This document shows positions 20,289-29,917 of a stretch of DNA of 64,000 bases, one piece after another. This DNA comes from Verrucomicrobia bacterium UBA6614 (lineage in GTDB: Bacteria; Verrucomicrobiota; Verrucomicrobiia; Limisphaerales; UBA1100). The first letter of the stretch is position 1. Each line of letters begins with the position of its first letter. A program made the position numbers and the translations under genes. The DNA is taken from positions 48,612-112,611 of the forward strand of contig DJHS01000153.1 in assembly GCA_002433235.1 (NCBI GenBank), in the 5' to 3' direction. Under the pieces are notes generated by a model, which saw only the letters and a list, made by a program, of their open reading frames with translations, made no database searches and had not been told where the DNA came from.

Positions 20289-20294
20289 AGACTC

Positions 20295-22265
20295 ATGGAT
20301 CGCAAAGGCATTTTTATCCTCGTGGGCGCGGTGCTCCTGATGTTCCTGTGGCCCGCACTGGTGGACAAGGTGATCCCGCCACCACCGGGGACGGCCCCGT
20401 TTGATAACAACGGCACGCTGGGCAACGCCACGGTGAATACCAACACCGCGCCGGTGACGCCGCCCGCCGCCGGTAATGCTACCGCGTCCGAAGGCAACGG
20501 TACGGTGCCTGAGGGTAATGGCACTGCGCCGGAAAACAACGGAACCGTCGTCCAGCCCGTGCCGCGGCCAGTCCTCCAGCCCCAAGCACCCGAAACCCTC
20601 CGTTCATTCAAGGGAGAAGACGCAGAGTACATTTTCACTTCACGTGGCGGGGGCATTAAGGAAGTGCGCCTAAATGAGCACCCCATCGACACCGGCGGCT
20701 TGAACCCCAATGGAAATGAGGTGCCGGAAGACAACCGCGTGGCGTTGAACCACGGGGCACCCCTGCCGGTTTTCGCCCTCTGGGGAACCAACCAATTGTT
20801 GTCCCTGACCGGCATGGAATCCTACGACTTGGAAGCCATCCCCGGGGATGACGGGCCAGCAGGTTTCCGGGCCATCCATATGCACAAGGCGTCCGGCCTG
20901 AAAATCGTCAAGGAGTTCCGACCCGGCGCCGGCTTTGAGATGACCAACGTGGTGCTTCGGATTGAGAATCATTCCACCAATCAAGTCGTGCTGCCGTCGC
21001 TCCACATCGGCTTGGGCACGTCCACCCCGGCGGGCATGGGCAAGATGTCCGACCCCATGTATCACGGCACCTTCTGGTTTGATGGCACAACCGACACCCA
21101 CTGGGAAATGGGCGACTTTGCCAACAGCACTCTGGGCTGTTTCCCCGGCACGCCCATCGAGCAGTTCACCGCCGGCAACCGAAACGTGAAATGGGCAGCG
21201 GTGCACAACCAGTTTTACACCCTCATCGGCATGGTACCCAATGGCGTGCAGTTGCCCGACACGGTGACGGCGCGCAACATCGACCACGGCCCGGAAGCGA
21301 CCATCGAGGAAAGGGCGCAAAACCGTTACCTCGTCAGCGTCAATTACCGCAATGACGGCATCGTGCTGCCCGCGAAGCAGGGCGAAAACTACTCCCAATG
21401 GCTGATCCAGCTCGACCTGTACGCTGGCCCCAAAGAATACAACCAGCTGGAGAAACTTAGTCGCGACAAAGGCGTCAATCAAGTAGACCGCGTGATGGAT
21501 CTCGGCGGCTTCTTTGGCTTCTTCTCCAAGGTGCTGCTGCTCTCCATGAACGCGCTACACGGCTGGGGCTGTTCCTACGCCATTGCTATCATCATCATCA
21601 CCATTATCGTCAAAGCCATCTTCTGGCCGCTCACCGGCATCAGTACCCGCTCCATGAAACGTATGGGCAAGCTCCAGCCGCAGATGAAAGCCCTGCAGGA
21701 GCGCTACAAGGACGATCCCCAGAAGATGAACCAGAAACTCATGGCGTTCATGAAGGAGCACAAGGTGAACCCCATGGCTGGCTGCCTGCCCATGCTTATC
21801 CAGATTCCCGTTTTCTTCGGGTTCTTCTTCATGATCCGCACCGCAGTCGAACTGCGCGGCGAGGATTTTCTCTGGATCGCCGACCTATCGCAACCGGACA
21901 CGGTGTTCATTATTCCGGGTATCAACTTTATCCCCTTCTTCAGCACTGCCGCAGGACTGCCAGTCAACCCCATGCCCATCCTCATGGGTATCACCATGCT
22001 TATTCAGGCGCGCATCACCCCCACTTCCCCCGGCGCCGATGAAATGCAAGCCAAGATGATGAAGTACCTGCCCATGATCTTCATCCTGTTCCTCTACAAT
22101 TTCTCCGCGGGCCTGACACTCTACTGGACCGTCCAGAATGTCCTGTCCATTGCGCAAACGCACATGACCAAGGACGAGGACGATACGGACACCGGCGACG
22201 CCAACGCCGCCGCCAAGCCCGCGGCCAAACCCATCGAACGCAAACCCAGAAAGAAAAGACGTTGA
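20295..22265 (+). CDS. yidC: Membrane protein insertase YidC
   Basis: N-terminal TM, periplasmic domain, YAGPKEY, NPMAGCLPMLIQIPVF, GLTLYWTVQN. Confidence 0.95.
   Translation: MDRKGIFILVGAVLLMFLWPALVDKVIPPPPGTAPFDNNGTLGNATVNTNTAPVTPPAAGNATASEGNGTVPEGNGTAPENNGTVVQPVPRPVLQPQAPETLRSFKGEDAEYIFTSRGGGIKEVRLNEHPIDTGGLNPNGNEVPEDNRVALNHGAPLPVFALWGTNQLLSLTGMESYDLEAIPGDDGPAGFRAIHMHKASGLKIVKEFRPGAGFEMTNVVLRIENHSTNQVVLPSLHIGLGTSTPAGMGKMSDPMYHGTFWFDGTTDTHWEMGDFANSTLGCFPGTPIEQFTAGNRNVKWAAVHNQFYTLIGMVPNGVQLPDTVTARNIDHGPEATIEERAQNRYLVSVNYRNDGIVLPAKQGENYSQWLIQLDLYAGPKEYNQLEKLSRDKGVNQVDRVMDLGGFFGFFSKVLLLSMNALHGWGCSYAIAIIIITIIVKAIFWPLTGISTRSMKRMGKLQPQMKALQERYKDDPQKMNQKLMAFMKEHKVNPMAGCLPMLIQIPVFFGFFFMIRTAVELRGEDFLWIADLSQPDTVFIIPGINFIPFFSTAAGLPVNPMPILMGITMLIQARITPTSPGADEMQAKMMKYLPMIFILFLYNFSAGLTLYWTVQNVLSIAQTHMTKDEDDTDTGDANAAAKPAAKPIERKPRKKRR
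20469..20552 (+). repeat. Four imperfect 21-nt units in the yidC linker (AGNATAS EGNGTVP EGNGTAP ENNGTVV)
   Basis: Heptapeptide periodicity conserved while codons diverge synonymously. Confidence 0.75.
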
Positions 22266-22267
22266 TT

Positions 22268-22714
22268 ATGTCAGAACCCAAGGAAATCCTGCAGGAAATG
22301 CTCAACCGCCTCGGCTTTGAGGCGACCATTGAGGAGAATGAGACCGAGAAAGGCACGGTTCTTAACATTGAAACCGATGACCCAGGCCGCCTGATTGGCC
22401 GGCGTGGGCGCACTCTCTCCGACCTGCAGTATCTCACCAACCGCATCAATTTCCAGAACAACAAGGAAGCGCCCAAGGTGAGCGTGGATGTCGGCAACTA
22501 CCGCAACGAGACCAGCAGCGACATGGCCTCCAAGGCGCTGGAAGCCGCCGAGAAGGCCCGCCGTTGGGGTGACATCGTGGAGTTGCCCCCCATGAACGCC
22601 TACGACCGACGCGTGGTGCACCAGACTCTGAAGGAAGCCGGGGACATCTCCACCGAGTCCATCGAGGTGGACGGCACCAACCACAAGGCCATCATCATCC
22701 GCCCCACCGGTTGA
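22268..22714 (+). CDS. jag: Jag/KhpB-like RNA-binding protein (KH + R3H, no Jag_N domain)
   Basis: LIGRRGRTLSDLQYL, PMNAYDRRVVH; follows yidC. Confidence 0.85.
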   Translation: MSEPKEILQEMLNRLGFEATIEENETEKGTVLNIETDDPGRLIGRRGRTLSDLQYLTNRINFQNNKEAPKVSVDVGNYRNETSSDMASKALEAAEKARRWGDIVELPPMNAYDRRVVHQTLKEAGDISTESIEVDGTNHKAIIIRPTG

Positions 22715-22718
22715 TGCC

Positions 22719-23582
22719 TCAACCCGCGACGCCCTTTAAATAAGCTAGAATCAGCTCCGGCAAATCGTTGCTGTAGCCGCCCTCAAGGACGTTCAGTAGC
22801 GGCGTGTTCAGCGCCCGGAGTTGCCGCCCTACCCACTGGAAATCCTCAGCTTCCAGTTTCTGCTGGCAGAGGGGATCGCGCTTGTAAGCGTCAAAACCGG
22901 CCGACACGGCAACCAGTCCGGGCTGGAATGCCTTTAAATCCGCCAGCGCCTTCGTCGCCAGCTTGCGCCAATCCTCTCGGGCCGCGCCGGGCGCAACGGT
23001 GTAATTTTGGCAATTGTCAAAACTCTTGGTGCCGGTGCCGGGATAGGCGGGATGCTGGTGGATGGAAAAGAAGGCACACCCCTCCTGCCGGTGCAGGATC
23101 GCCTCCGTCCCATTGCCGTGATGCACATCAAAGTCAAACACCGCCACCTTCTTGATGCCCGCCGCCCGTGCCGCAAGGGTGGCCACCGCGATGCTGTTCA
23201 GGTAACAGAACCCCATGGCCTGATCCCGCGTAGCGTGGTGACCCGGCGGACGCAACAGGCTGAAGTTGGGCTTGCCCTTGCGCGCCAGTTTAAGCGCGTG
23301 TAACGCGCCTCCCAAAGATCGCCGCGCGTGGCCGTTGATCCCCGGGTAATCCGGCGTATCGGCATCGAACGGACCGGGCGGATTCGCCACCCGGTGAATG
23401 TGGCCCAAGTCGTGGGCGCGCTGGATCTCCTTGTCCCCCTTCACCTCCAGCGGTGCCAGCCAGTTGATCATCAAGTCCTCCTGTTTCCGCAACAACTCCA
23501 GCGTCCCCGCCACCCGCTGCGGCCGCTCAGGATGCCCCGCCTGATGATACTTCAAACAGCGCTCATCGGTAATGATGTTCAT
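22719..23582 (-). CDS. Histone deacetylase family protein
   Basis: HPERPQR, RPPGHHA, GFCYLN, DFDVHHGNGT, SAGFDA..DP, LEGGY. Confidence 0.92.
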   Translation of the reverse strand: MNIITDERCLKYHQAGHPERPQRVAGTLELLRKQEDLMINWLAPLEVKGDKEIQRAHDLGHIHRVANPPGPFDADTPDYPGINGHARRSLGGALHALKLARKGKPNFSLLRPPGHHATRDQAMGFCYLNSIAVATLAARAAGIKKVAVFDFDVHHGNGTEAILHRQEGCAFFSIHQHPAYPGTGTKSFDNCQNYTVAPGAAREDWRKLATKALADLKAFQPGLVAVSAGFDAYKRDPLCQQKLEAEDFQWVGRQLRALNTPLLNVLEGGYSNDLPELILAYLKGVAG

Positions 23583-23630
23583 GACCGGAGCAGTTTGGAT
23601 TGGGAACTGGCATGAAGCAACTGGAGTTTC

Positions 23631-26600
23631 TTAGTCCTGAGTCTGGATGACGGATGAATTAGTGTCCATACCCGCGGCATTGATGATCCTGACAAAAGCG
23701 TCGTTGTGATTCAGCCAAGTCCCGGGAACCGTATCGCTTGAGATGACAATCTGGGTGCCACCGAGGTTTACCAGAACTCCTCCGGGCGGATTAGCTGGAT
23801 CCAAGTAAAAACTGCCCTGCAACGATTCGCCATTGGCGTAGAACTCCAGTCGGTTGATCCCACGCAAGTCACTCCCGTTGAGGAATAGGTTGCCATCACT
23901 GCGATCATAGGTGCCGTTGAGATCGGCATCATCAGCCCGGTCATCGGACATGTATCCTCCCCCCGCAAAGGCCGCCTGTACCGTGGTCATGAGTTTCGGC
24001 TGAGCCGATACAGTAAAGCCTGTGGCACTGGTTGCCGCCCCGAAAGGCGTAACCACCCGTACACGCCGGCCATTGGTCACCGGGGTATCCAGAAGATACG
24101 TCACGTTCGCCCATCCCGGGGCATTCACGCCCACGCTCAGGGAAGTGCCCGCGCCCAGATTCAACCCTGTGTCGCTCGTGAGGCTCTTGGCGCCCAGGAT
24201 GGGGTTGCCGTTCAGGCCCACCAAGTCCAAGCCTGTGATGTGTCCCAGACCCTGTCCCGTCAGGGTCAGCACCTCCGAGTCCCGGGAGTAGTTGCCGTCT
24301 CCTCCCAGACCACCCACCACCGTGATCATCGGGGGGTGCCCCACGTGGAACCGCTGCCCCAGTGGGCTCAGTACATCCTCACGCGCGCCCACCAGACGAA
24401 GTAGACGAGCTGCACTGTTGCTGTGCGTGTCGGCATCGCCATTGATTTGGTACACGCTGGTATCCACCACAATCTGGGTGTCCATGACACTAATCCCTGG
24501 AGCCGGCAGCGTCACGCTGACTCGAGATTGGCTGGTGTCATTCGCATCCGTAAAGACTATCTGCCCCACGCTCTTCAGGCCCGTGCCGTTAATCACCAAA
24601 TCATCGCCCGCCGTCTTTTCGCGATTGAAATATCCCGGCACGGCAAACACTCCCAGCCCCTCAACTTGGGGCTGCTTGTTCACCGCAAACAACAGCGACG
24701 CGTTCAGGTCGCTGTTCGCCACTCCATTGTACAGCTTGAGGGCGCGGCTGGCCGTTTCGTTGGTGTCCGCGTCCGGCCACGGAAGGACGTCGGCGGACAA
24801 CACAATGCGAGTACCGTTATCCTCCACATGCGCCCCCGGGTTGGGCAACTGGATAAACACCGGGTTCGTAAACGAAGTGCCATCCTGGCGAACCACCTCA
24901 ATGGTGGTCATCGTATTGAGGCCCGTCCCATTGATCTCCAGGACACGATCCCGCTTGAGCAACCCGGTTGTGCCCACATCCTCCCAGAAGGCCCCATCGG
25001 ACTGAGCCATGCTTTCCACCACGGGCTTGCCGGTTACCGCGCTCATCAGAGGATTGGTGGCCGGACTCAACACCGCCCCCAACTCCCCCGTATTGGCCGC
25101 CGGCCTGCGCGCCACGCGCAGGCGCCGGTTGAAACCGTCTGCCAAACTTCCTATCGCATCTCCAGGCACTATGGCTTCGGTATCCGAAAGAACCTCCAGA
25201 TTGGGAATCTGGATCGGCAATCCGTCCGATGCTCCCCCCGCCTGCAGACCGGCGTCATAAACCGACTTCTCATGCTCGTCATCCACGCGAATGTGTGTCA
25301 GCTCAGTTTCACCCGCAGTCCGGCTCTTGAAACCATGCCCGGTGATGCGTATGTGTTCTCTCCGGTCATGAATCTGGCCATCGGCCGTGGTCGAGCCAAT
25401 CACCGGCGGGCCGGTCTCGATGTTGAATTTCTGATCACTCAGGCTGCTGACGCCCACATCATTCCACAGTCGAATCTGCCGTCCCATACCCTCTGCCGTC
25501 TCGTCAATCACTCCCGGCGGAATGTCTAATTGACCATCAGACACCAAGTATCGGGTCACAGGCATGATCCGCTGCAACACCGTGTCTCCCTCCATCACCT
25601 CCAGGGCCTTCACGGATCCCATCCCCTCGCCCATCAACGTCAAGGTCTCCAACGAACGCGTCAGCGTGTTGCGTTCAATCGCCTCTTCGCCTCCACGGTC
25701 AGATACAAGCGATATCTTCGCCACCGTTTGCCTCGGGTGCATTTGGTTCCGAGCCCACGCCACCGTCCCCTTCTGCGGAAATGTCACCACATCCTTCGGC
25801 CCAGGCCCCTTGATATAGCCCCATAATGACGGCAAATGCTCCATGTTCCCCACAACACTCGTCTCCCCACTCCATAATACCTCAAAATGTTCCGATAACT
25901 TGTGGAATACCATTTTGTACTGATAAGGAACGGAACTGAATCCCGGCCCAGATTGAACCGGAAATGCAAAATGTCCTGGCCCAACGCCGTGGATAATAAA
26001 AACATTTCCAATGTTCCCCGCACCGCTAAGCCGTCCGTATGGTTCGGAAGGGATTTTTGCACCACCCACGAAAGCCTCAGGACTATTTCCCCAAAAAACT
26101 GAAGGGGTTTGACTTTGACCTGATGGATCTTGAGCTAGGCCCAATTCAGAAACCGCATGTTGGTGAGGCGCATCCCACGCATTGTAACGGCCTATAGACG
26201 AAATAAGGTCATTCGGTCTATGGGGAGCAAAACCTCTTTCATACGTAGTGAATGTCCACCCGACAGGCATCCCGTCCTGAGAGGGATTCAGATACTCAGC
26301 TGAGAAGAGAATGTCTGGCACAATAACTGTACGCCCCAAATGACGTTTGAGAAAACGGTTGTCAGATGGCAACAACGGTCCTTGAGCAAATGTAGCTCCT
26401 TCCAGATCCGGATTTTCCACCAACCATTCAATCCCAGGCTTATGCATCGTTTGCCGACCAATTTCCTCACCCTTTGCGTTTCTAATGCTCAAGGCACCCG
26501 ACTGCGGCATGGTCCGCCAACGGTCAATTTGATTATTTGGAAATGGCCAGTGATTATTTGTCCATCCTCGCTGATATGTAACCTTGGGTCCTGTCGAAAG

Positions 26601-28163
26601 AAATATGTCCGCCCACGTAAAATTGGTGGAATTAAAAGTTTGTCCCAACAGGGAATCATAAGGCCGCAAATGAAATTGGATCCGGTTTACCCCACCCCGA
26701 AGCGCCAGCAGTTTTGAAGGATTAGGAGACCCAGATGGGCCCACATCCAACAATGGATATTTACCAATTGAAGAAGAAAATCCTGCAGTTGCACGTGTAG
26801 TCAAAATTGGGAGTGGAGTATTCCAGTGGATATCAAACGGAATATTAGGAACCGGACGAATGGGAATTCCTCTCAACGGGTTACCCAACGGCAAATGGCC
26901 CAGTGTCCCACCGAAATTTGCTTGAGATGTCAGGCCAGTAGCGTCTCCACCCAAAGGCCATGCGTTTCTCTTTTTTGGGATTTTATTGTCCGTAGGCCTT
27001 AGAAGTTGTTCATCATTTGGTAGATATCGTGATACATGGTCGGGCAGGTATTGAGCATGGCGAACAACATAAACACCCAAATAGTTTTCCACACCCTCGC
27101 CTGCTGTATCTTCGTTAATAACCGTCTCCCATCGATATGTGTTGGTCGAATATAGATACTTTAAACCACCCGCATCATCTAGCGTCAAGGTATGACGAGG
27201 CTTATACTGACCTCCCATTGCGTTTACTCCGTCGTAATAGACACCAAAATTGAAGAGCGACGGAGTGTCATCCAGCATCATAGTTCGTGCTATCCCAACC
27301 ATTGACGGAGGACTCGCCCGGTTGATTCCATGGCTTGTTGGAGGTGAAAACGCAGAGTTAATAGATGCAATGGACGACCATGCATTAACGGCGGAATCAA
27401 TGGTAAATTCAGCCATCTCAAACAAGTGGTTGAATTTATGGTCAATATCGCCCCAAGGTGAGGGTAATCGGTATTCGAAAGGAGGCAAAGGGCTTCCGGG
27501 ATACCAATCTGTAATGAGACGATAGCTATAATCCACACCATTAACCCTATTGGTAACAACATGGGTTAAAGGATCGTAGTTCAAAAGCTTTGTCCCAATT
27601 CGCCAACCTCCCGGGAATCTCCTGTCGGCCGTGTTGAACGACGGACCACTGTTGGTCATGCCAGAAATTGAATACATATGTTTGTGCGGGTTACCCAACC
27701 CAAGAAAGTTGACCATTGTGCCCAATACCATGCTCTTGATGTCCAGTATCTGCCCATTTCTAGCAGTGGTATTGATCCATGATGAGTTGTAGTTCCCGGC
27801 AAAGCCGTGCTTATGCAAATCCAGAAAACTCATGCCGGAGTAGTCCTCGTTAACGAAAAAATCATTCAAAACATGGACCGCGTCGTGGACGGCCTCCATT
27901 CCTTCCGGCCCAAAGTAGTTCACAAAACTAGCATCGAAGGCATAGGTGAAATCCGGAATCGTCCAGCGAAAAGACCGGTGTAGTGGCTTGGGCGAACCCC
28001 ACGGATCATTGTTCCCCCATTCCGGAGGCTCAAGAAAACGTGGAACCCAGTGATTCTGATTGTAAGTTGGATGGTCTCTATACTCCAACCAATCGACCGG
28101 CCCAATGAGCACAAAGCTACGCCCTTCTGGTTTAACCACCAGAAAAATGAATAGACCTAGCAA
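23631..28163 (-). CDS. Large exported protein: degenerate metzincin-like N-terminus and tandem IPT/TIG-like beta modules
   Basis: 1510-aa ORF; hydrophobic leader; RWTIPDFTYAFDASF, LGLGNP, LTLDDAGGLKYLY; about six C-terminal modules with L.I.G.GL and R.R.RV patterns; start codon uncertain. Confidence 0.7.
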   Translation of the reverse strand: MLGLFIFLVVKPEGRSFVLIGPVDWLEYRDHPTYNQNHWVPRFLEPPEWGNNDPWGSPKPLHRSFRWTIPDFTYAFDASFVNYFGPEGMEAVHDAVHVLNDFFVNEDYSGMSFLDLHKHGFAGNYNSSWINTTARNGQILDIKSMVLGTMVNFLGLGNPHKHMYSISGMTNSGPSFNTADRRFPGGWRIGTKLLNYDPLTHVVTNRVNGVDYSYRLITDWYPGSPLPPFEYRLPSPWGDIDHKFNHLFEMAEFTIDSAVNAWSSIASINSAFSPPTSHGINRASPPSMVGIARTMMLDDTPSLFNFGVYYDGVNAMGGQYKPRHTLTLDDAGGLKYLYSTNTYRWETVINEDTAGEGVENYLGVYVVRHAQYLPDHVSRYLPNDEQLLRPTDNKIPKKRNAWPLGGDATGLTSQANFGGTLGHLPLGNPLRGIPIRPVPNIPFDIHWNTPLPILTTRATAGFSSSIGKYPLLDVGPSGSPNPSKLLALRGGVNRIQFHLRPYDSLLGQTFNSTNFTWADIFLSTGPKVTYQRGWTNNHWPFPNNQIDRWRTMPQSGALSIRNAKGEEIGRQTMHKPGIEWLVENPDLEGATFAQGPLLPSDNRFLKRHLGRTVIVPDILFSAEYLNPSQDGMPVGWTFTTYERGFAPHRPNDLISSIGRYNAWDAPHQHAVSELGLAQDPSGQSQTPSVFWGNSPEAFVGGAKIPSEPYGRLSGAGNIGNVFIIHGVGPGHFAFPVQSGPGFSSVPYQYKMVFHKLSEHFEVLWSGETSVVGNMEHLPSLWGYIKGPGPKDVVTFPQKGTVAWARNQMHPRQTVAKISLVSDRGGEEAIERNTLTRSLETLTLMGEGMGSVKALEVMEGDTVLQRIMPVTRYLVSDGQLDIPPGVIDETAEGMGRQIRLWNDVGVSSLSDQKFNIETGPPVIGSTTADGQIHDRREHIRITGHGFKSRTAGETELTHIRVDDEHEKSVYDAGLQAGGASDGLPIQIPNLEVLSDTEAIVPGDAIGSLADGFNRRLRVARRPAANTGELGAVLSPATNPLMSAVTGKPVVESMAQSDGAFWEDVGTTGLLKRDRVLEINGTGLNTMTTIEVVRQDGTSFTNPVFIQLPNPGAHVEDNGTRIVLSADVLPWPDADTNETASRALKLYNGVANSDLNASLLFAVNKQPQVEGLGVFAVPGYFNREKTAGDDLVINGTGLKSVGQIVFTDANDTSQSRVSVTLPAPGISVMDTQIVVDTSVYQINGDADTHSNSAARLLRLVGAREDVLSPLGQRFHVGHPPMITVVGGLGGDGNYSRDSEVLTLTGQGLGHITGLDLVGLNGNPILGAKSLTSDTGLNLGAGTSLSVGVNAPGWANVTYLLDTPVTNGRRVRVVTPFGAATSATGFTVSAQPKLMTTVQAAFAGGGYMSDDRADDADLNGTYDRSDGNLFLNGSDLRGINRLEFYANGESLQGSFYLDPANPPGGVLVNLGGTQIVISSDTVPGTWLNHNDAFVRIINAAGMDTNSSVIQTQD

Positions 28164-28261
28164 CAGACTAATATGACGTATTTTGCGCTCTAGACCAACG
28201 GTAACAACCCTCCCTTAGAGTTGTAGATTACATACCAACCCTCACATTAAAAAAGGCGGTC

Positions 28262-28270
28262 TTATCCACA
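28262..28270 (+). promoter_or_regulatory. Perfect DnaA box (TTATCCACA)
   Basis: Exact consensus match in the intergenic gap, about 25 nt upstream of the scpA -35; single copy. Confidence 0.35.
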
Positions 28271-28294
28271 TTTGTAAACCCCGATCCTTCGGCG

Positions 28295-28323
28295 TTGCCA
28301 AGGGGCAGAGGCAAGCCTATGCT
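28295..28323 (+). promoter_or_regulatory. sigma70 promoter of the scpA operon
   Basis: TTGCCA-17 nt-TATGCT, 12 nt before ATG 28336. Confidence 0.65.
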
Positions 28324-28335
28324 GCGCGGGCCGGC

Positions 28336-29145
28336 ATGGCGGAATACAAGGTACAGTTCGAGGTCTTTGAAGGCCCGCTCGATTTGCTCCTCTACTTGGT
28401 AAAGAAAGAGGAAGTGGATATTTATGAGGTAAACCTCACAAAAATCGCACGGGAATTCATCGAATACGTGGACCTGATGCGGGAACTCGACCTGGAGTTG
28501 GCGGGGGAATTCCTGGTGATGGCGGCGACGCTGGTGCACATCAAGAGCCGCGAATTATTGCCTGTGGACCAGCAGGTGGTGGATGCCGAGGAGGAGGAGG
28601 GGGATGACCCACGCTGGGAGCTGATCCGCAAGCTGGTGGAGTACAAAAAGTTCAAGGACGCCGCGGAGCACCTGCAGGAACGCGAGGAAGCGCGTGAGAA
28701 CACGTTTCAACGCCAACCGGCGCGGCCGGATTTTGTGGAGGATAAGCCGCCGCCCCGGCTGCAAGTGAGCATCTTCGACTTGGTAAACGCGGTGAACGCC
28801 GTGATCAAGCGGGTGGAATCGCGCGAGGGGCCGAGCGAGATTTATGATGAGGAATGGACCGTGGCGGACAAGATCACGACCATTCGCCAGCGCATGGTGG
28901 AGGCGGAGGGAATGAAATTCACCGAACTGTTCGCCGACGCCGCCAGCCGCAATGAGGTGGTGGCCACCTTTCTCGCGATGCTGGAATTGATCCGGCTCAA
29001 ACACATCGCCATCACGCAGCCGGAAGCGTTTGGCGAGATTGCCATCACGCGGGGAGAAGCGTTTAACACGGAGCCGGTCATGCTGACGGATGACTATGGC
29101 GAAGGCGCCTCCGAGGAGGCCGCCGCGCCGACGGAGACCCACTGA
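28336..29145 (+). CDS. scpA: Segregation and condensation protein A
   Basis: FEGPLDLLLYLV, EFLVMAATL..IKSR.LLP, FLAMLELIR. Confidence 0.95.
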   Translation: MAEYKVQFEVFEGPLDLLLYLVKKEEVDIYEVNLTKIAREFIEYVDLMRELDLELAGEFLVMAATLVHIKSRELLPVDQQVVDAEEEEGDDPRWELIRKLVEYKKFKDAAEHLQEREEARENTFQRQPARPDFVEDKPPPRLQVSIFDLVNAVNAVIKRVESREGPSEIYDEEWTVADKITTIRQRMVEAEGMKFTELFADAASRNEVVATFLAMLELIRLKHIAITQPEAFGEIAITRGEAFNTEPVMLTDDYGEGASEEAAAPTETH

Positions 29146-29146
29146 A

Positions 29147-29913
<767 letters not shown>

Positions 29914-29917
<4 letters not shown>

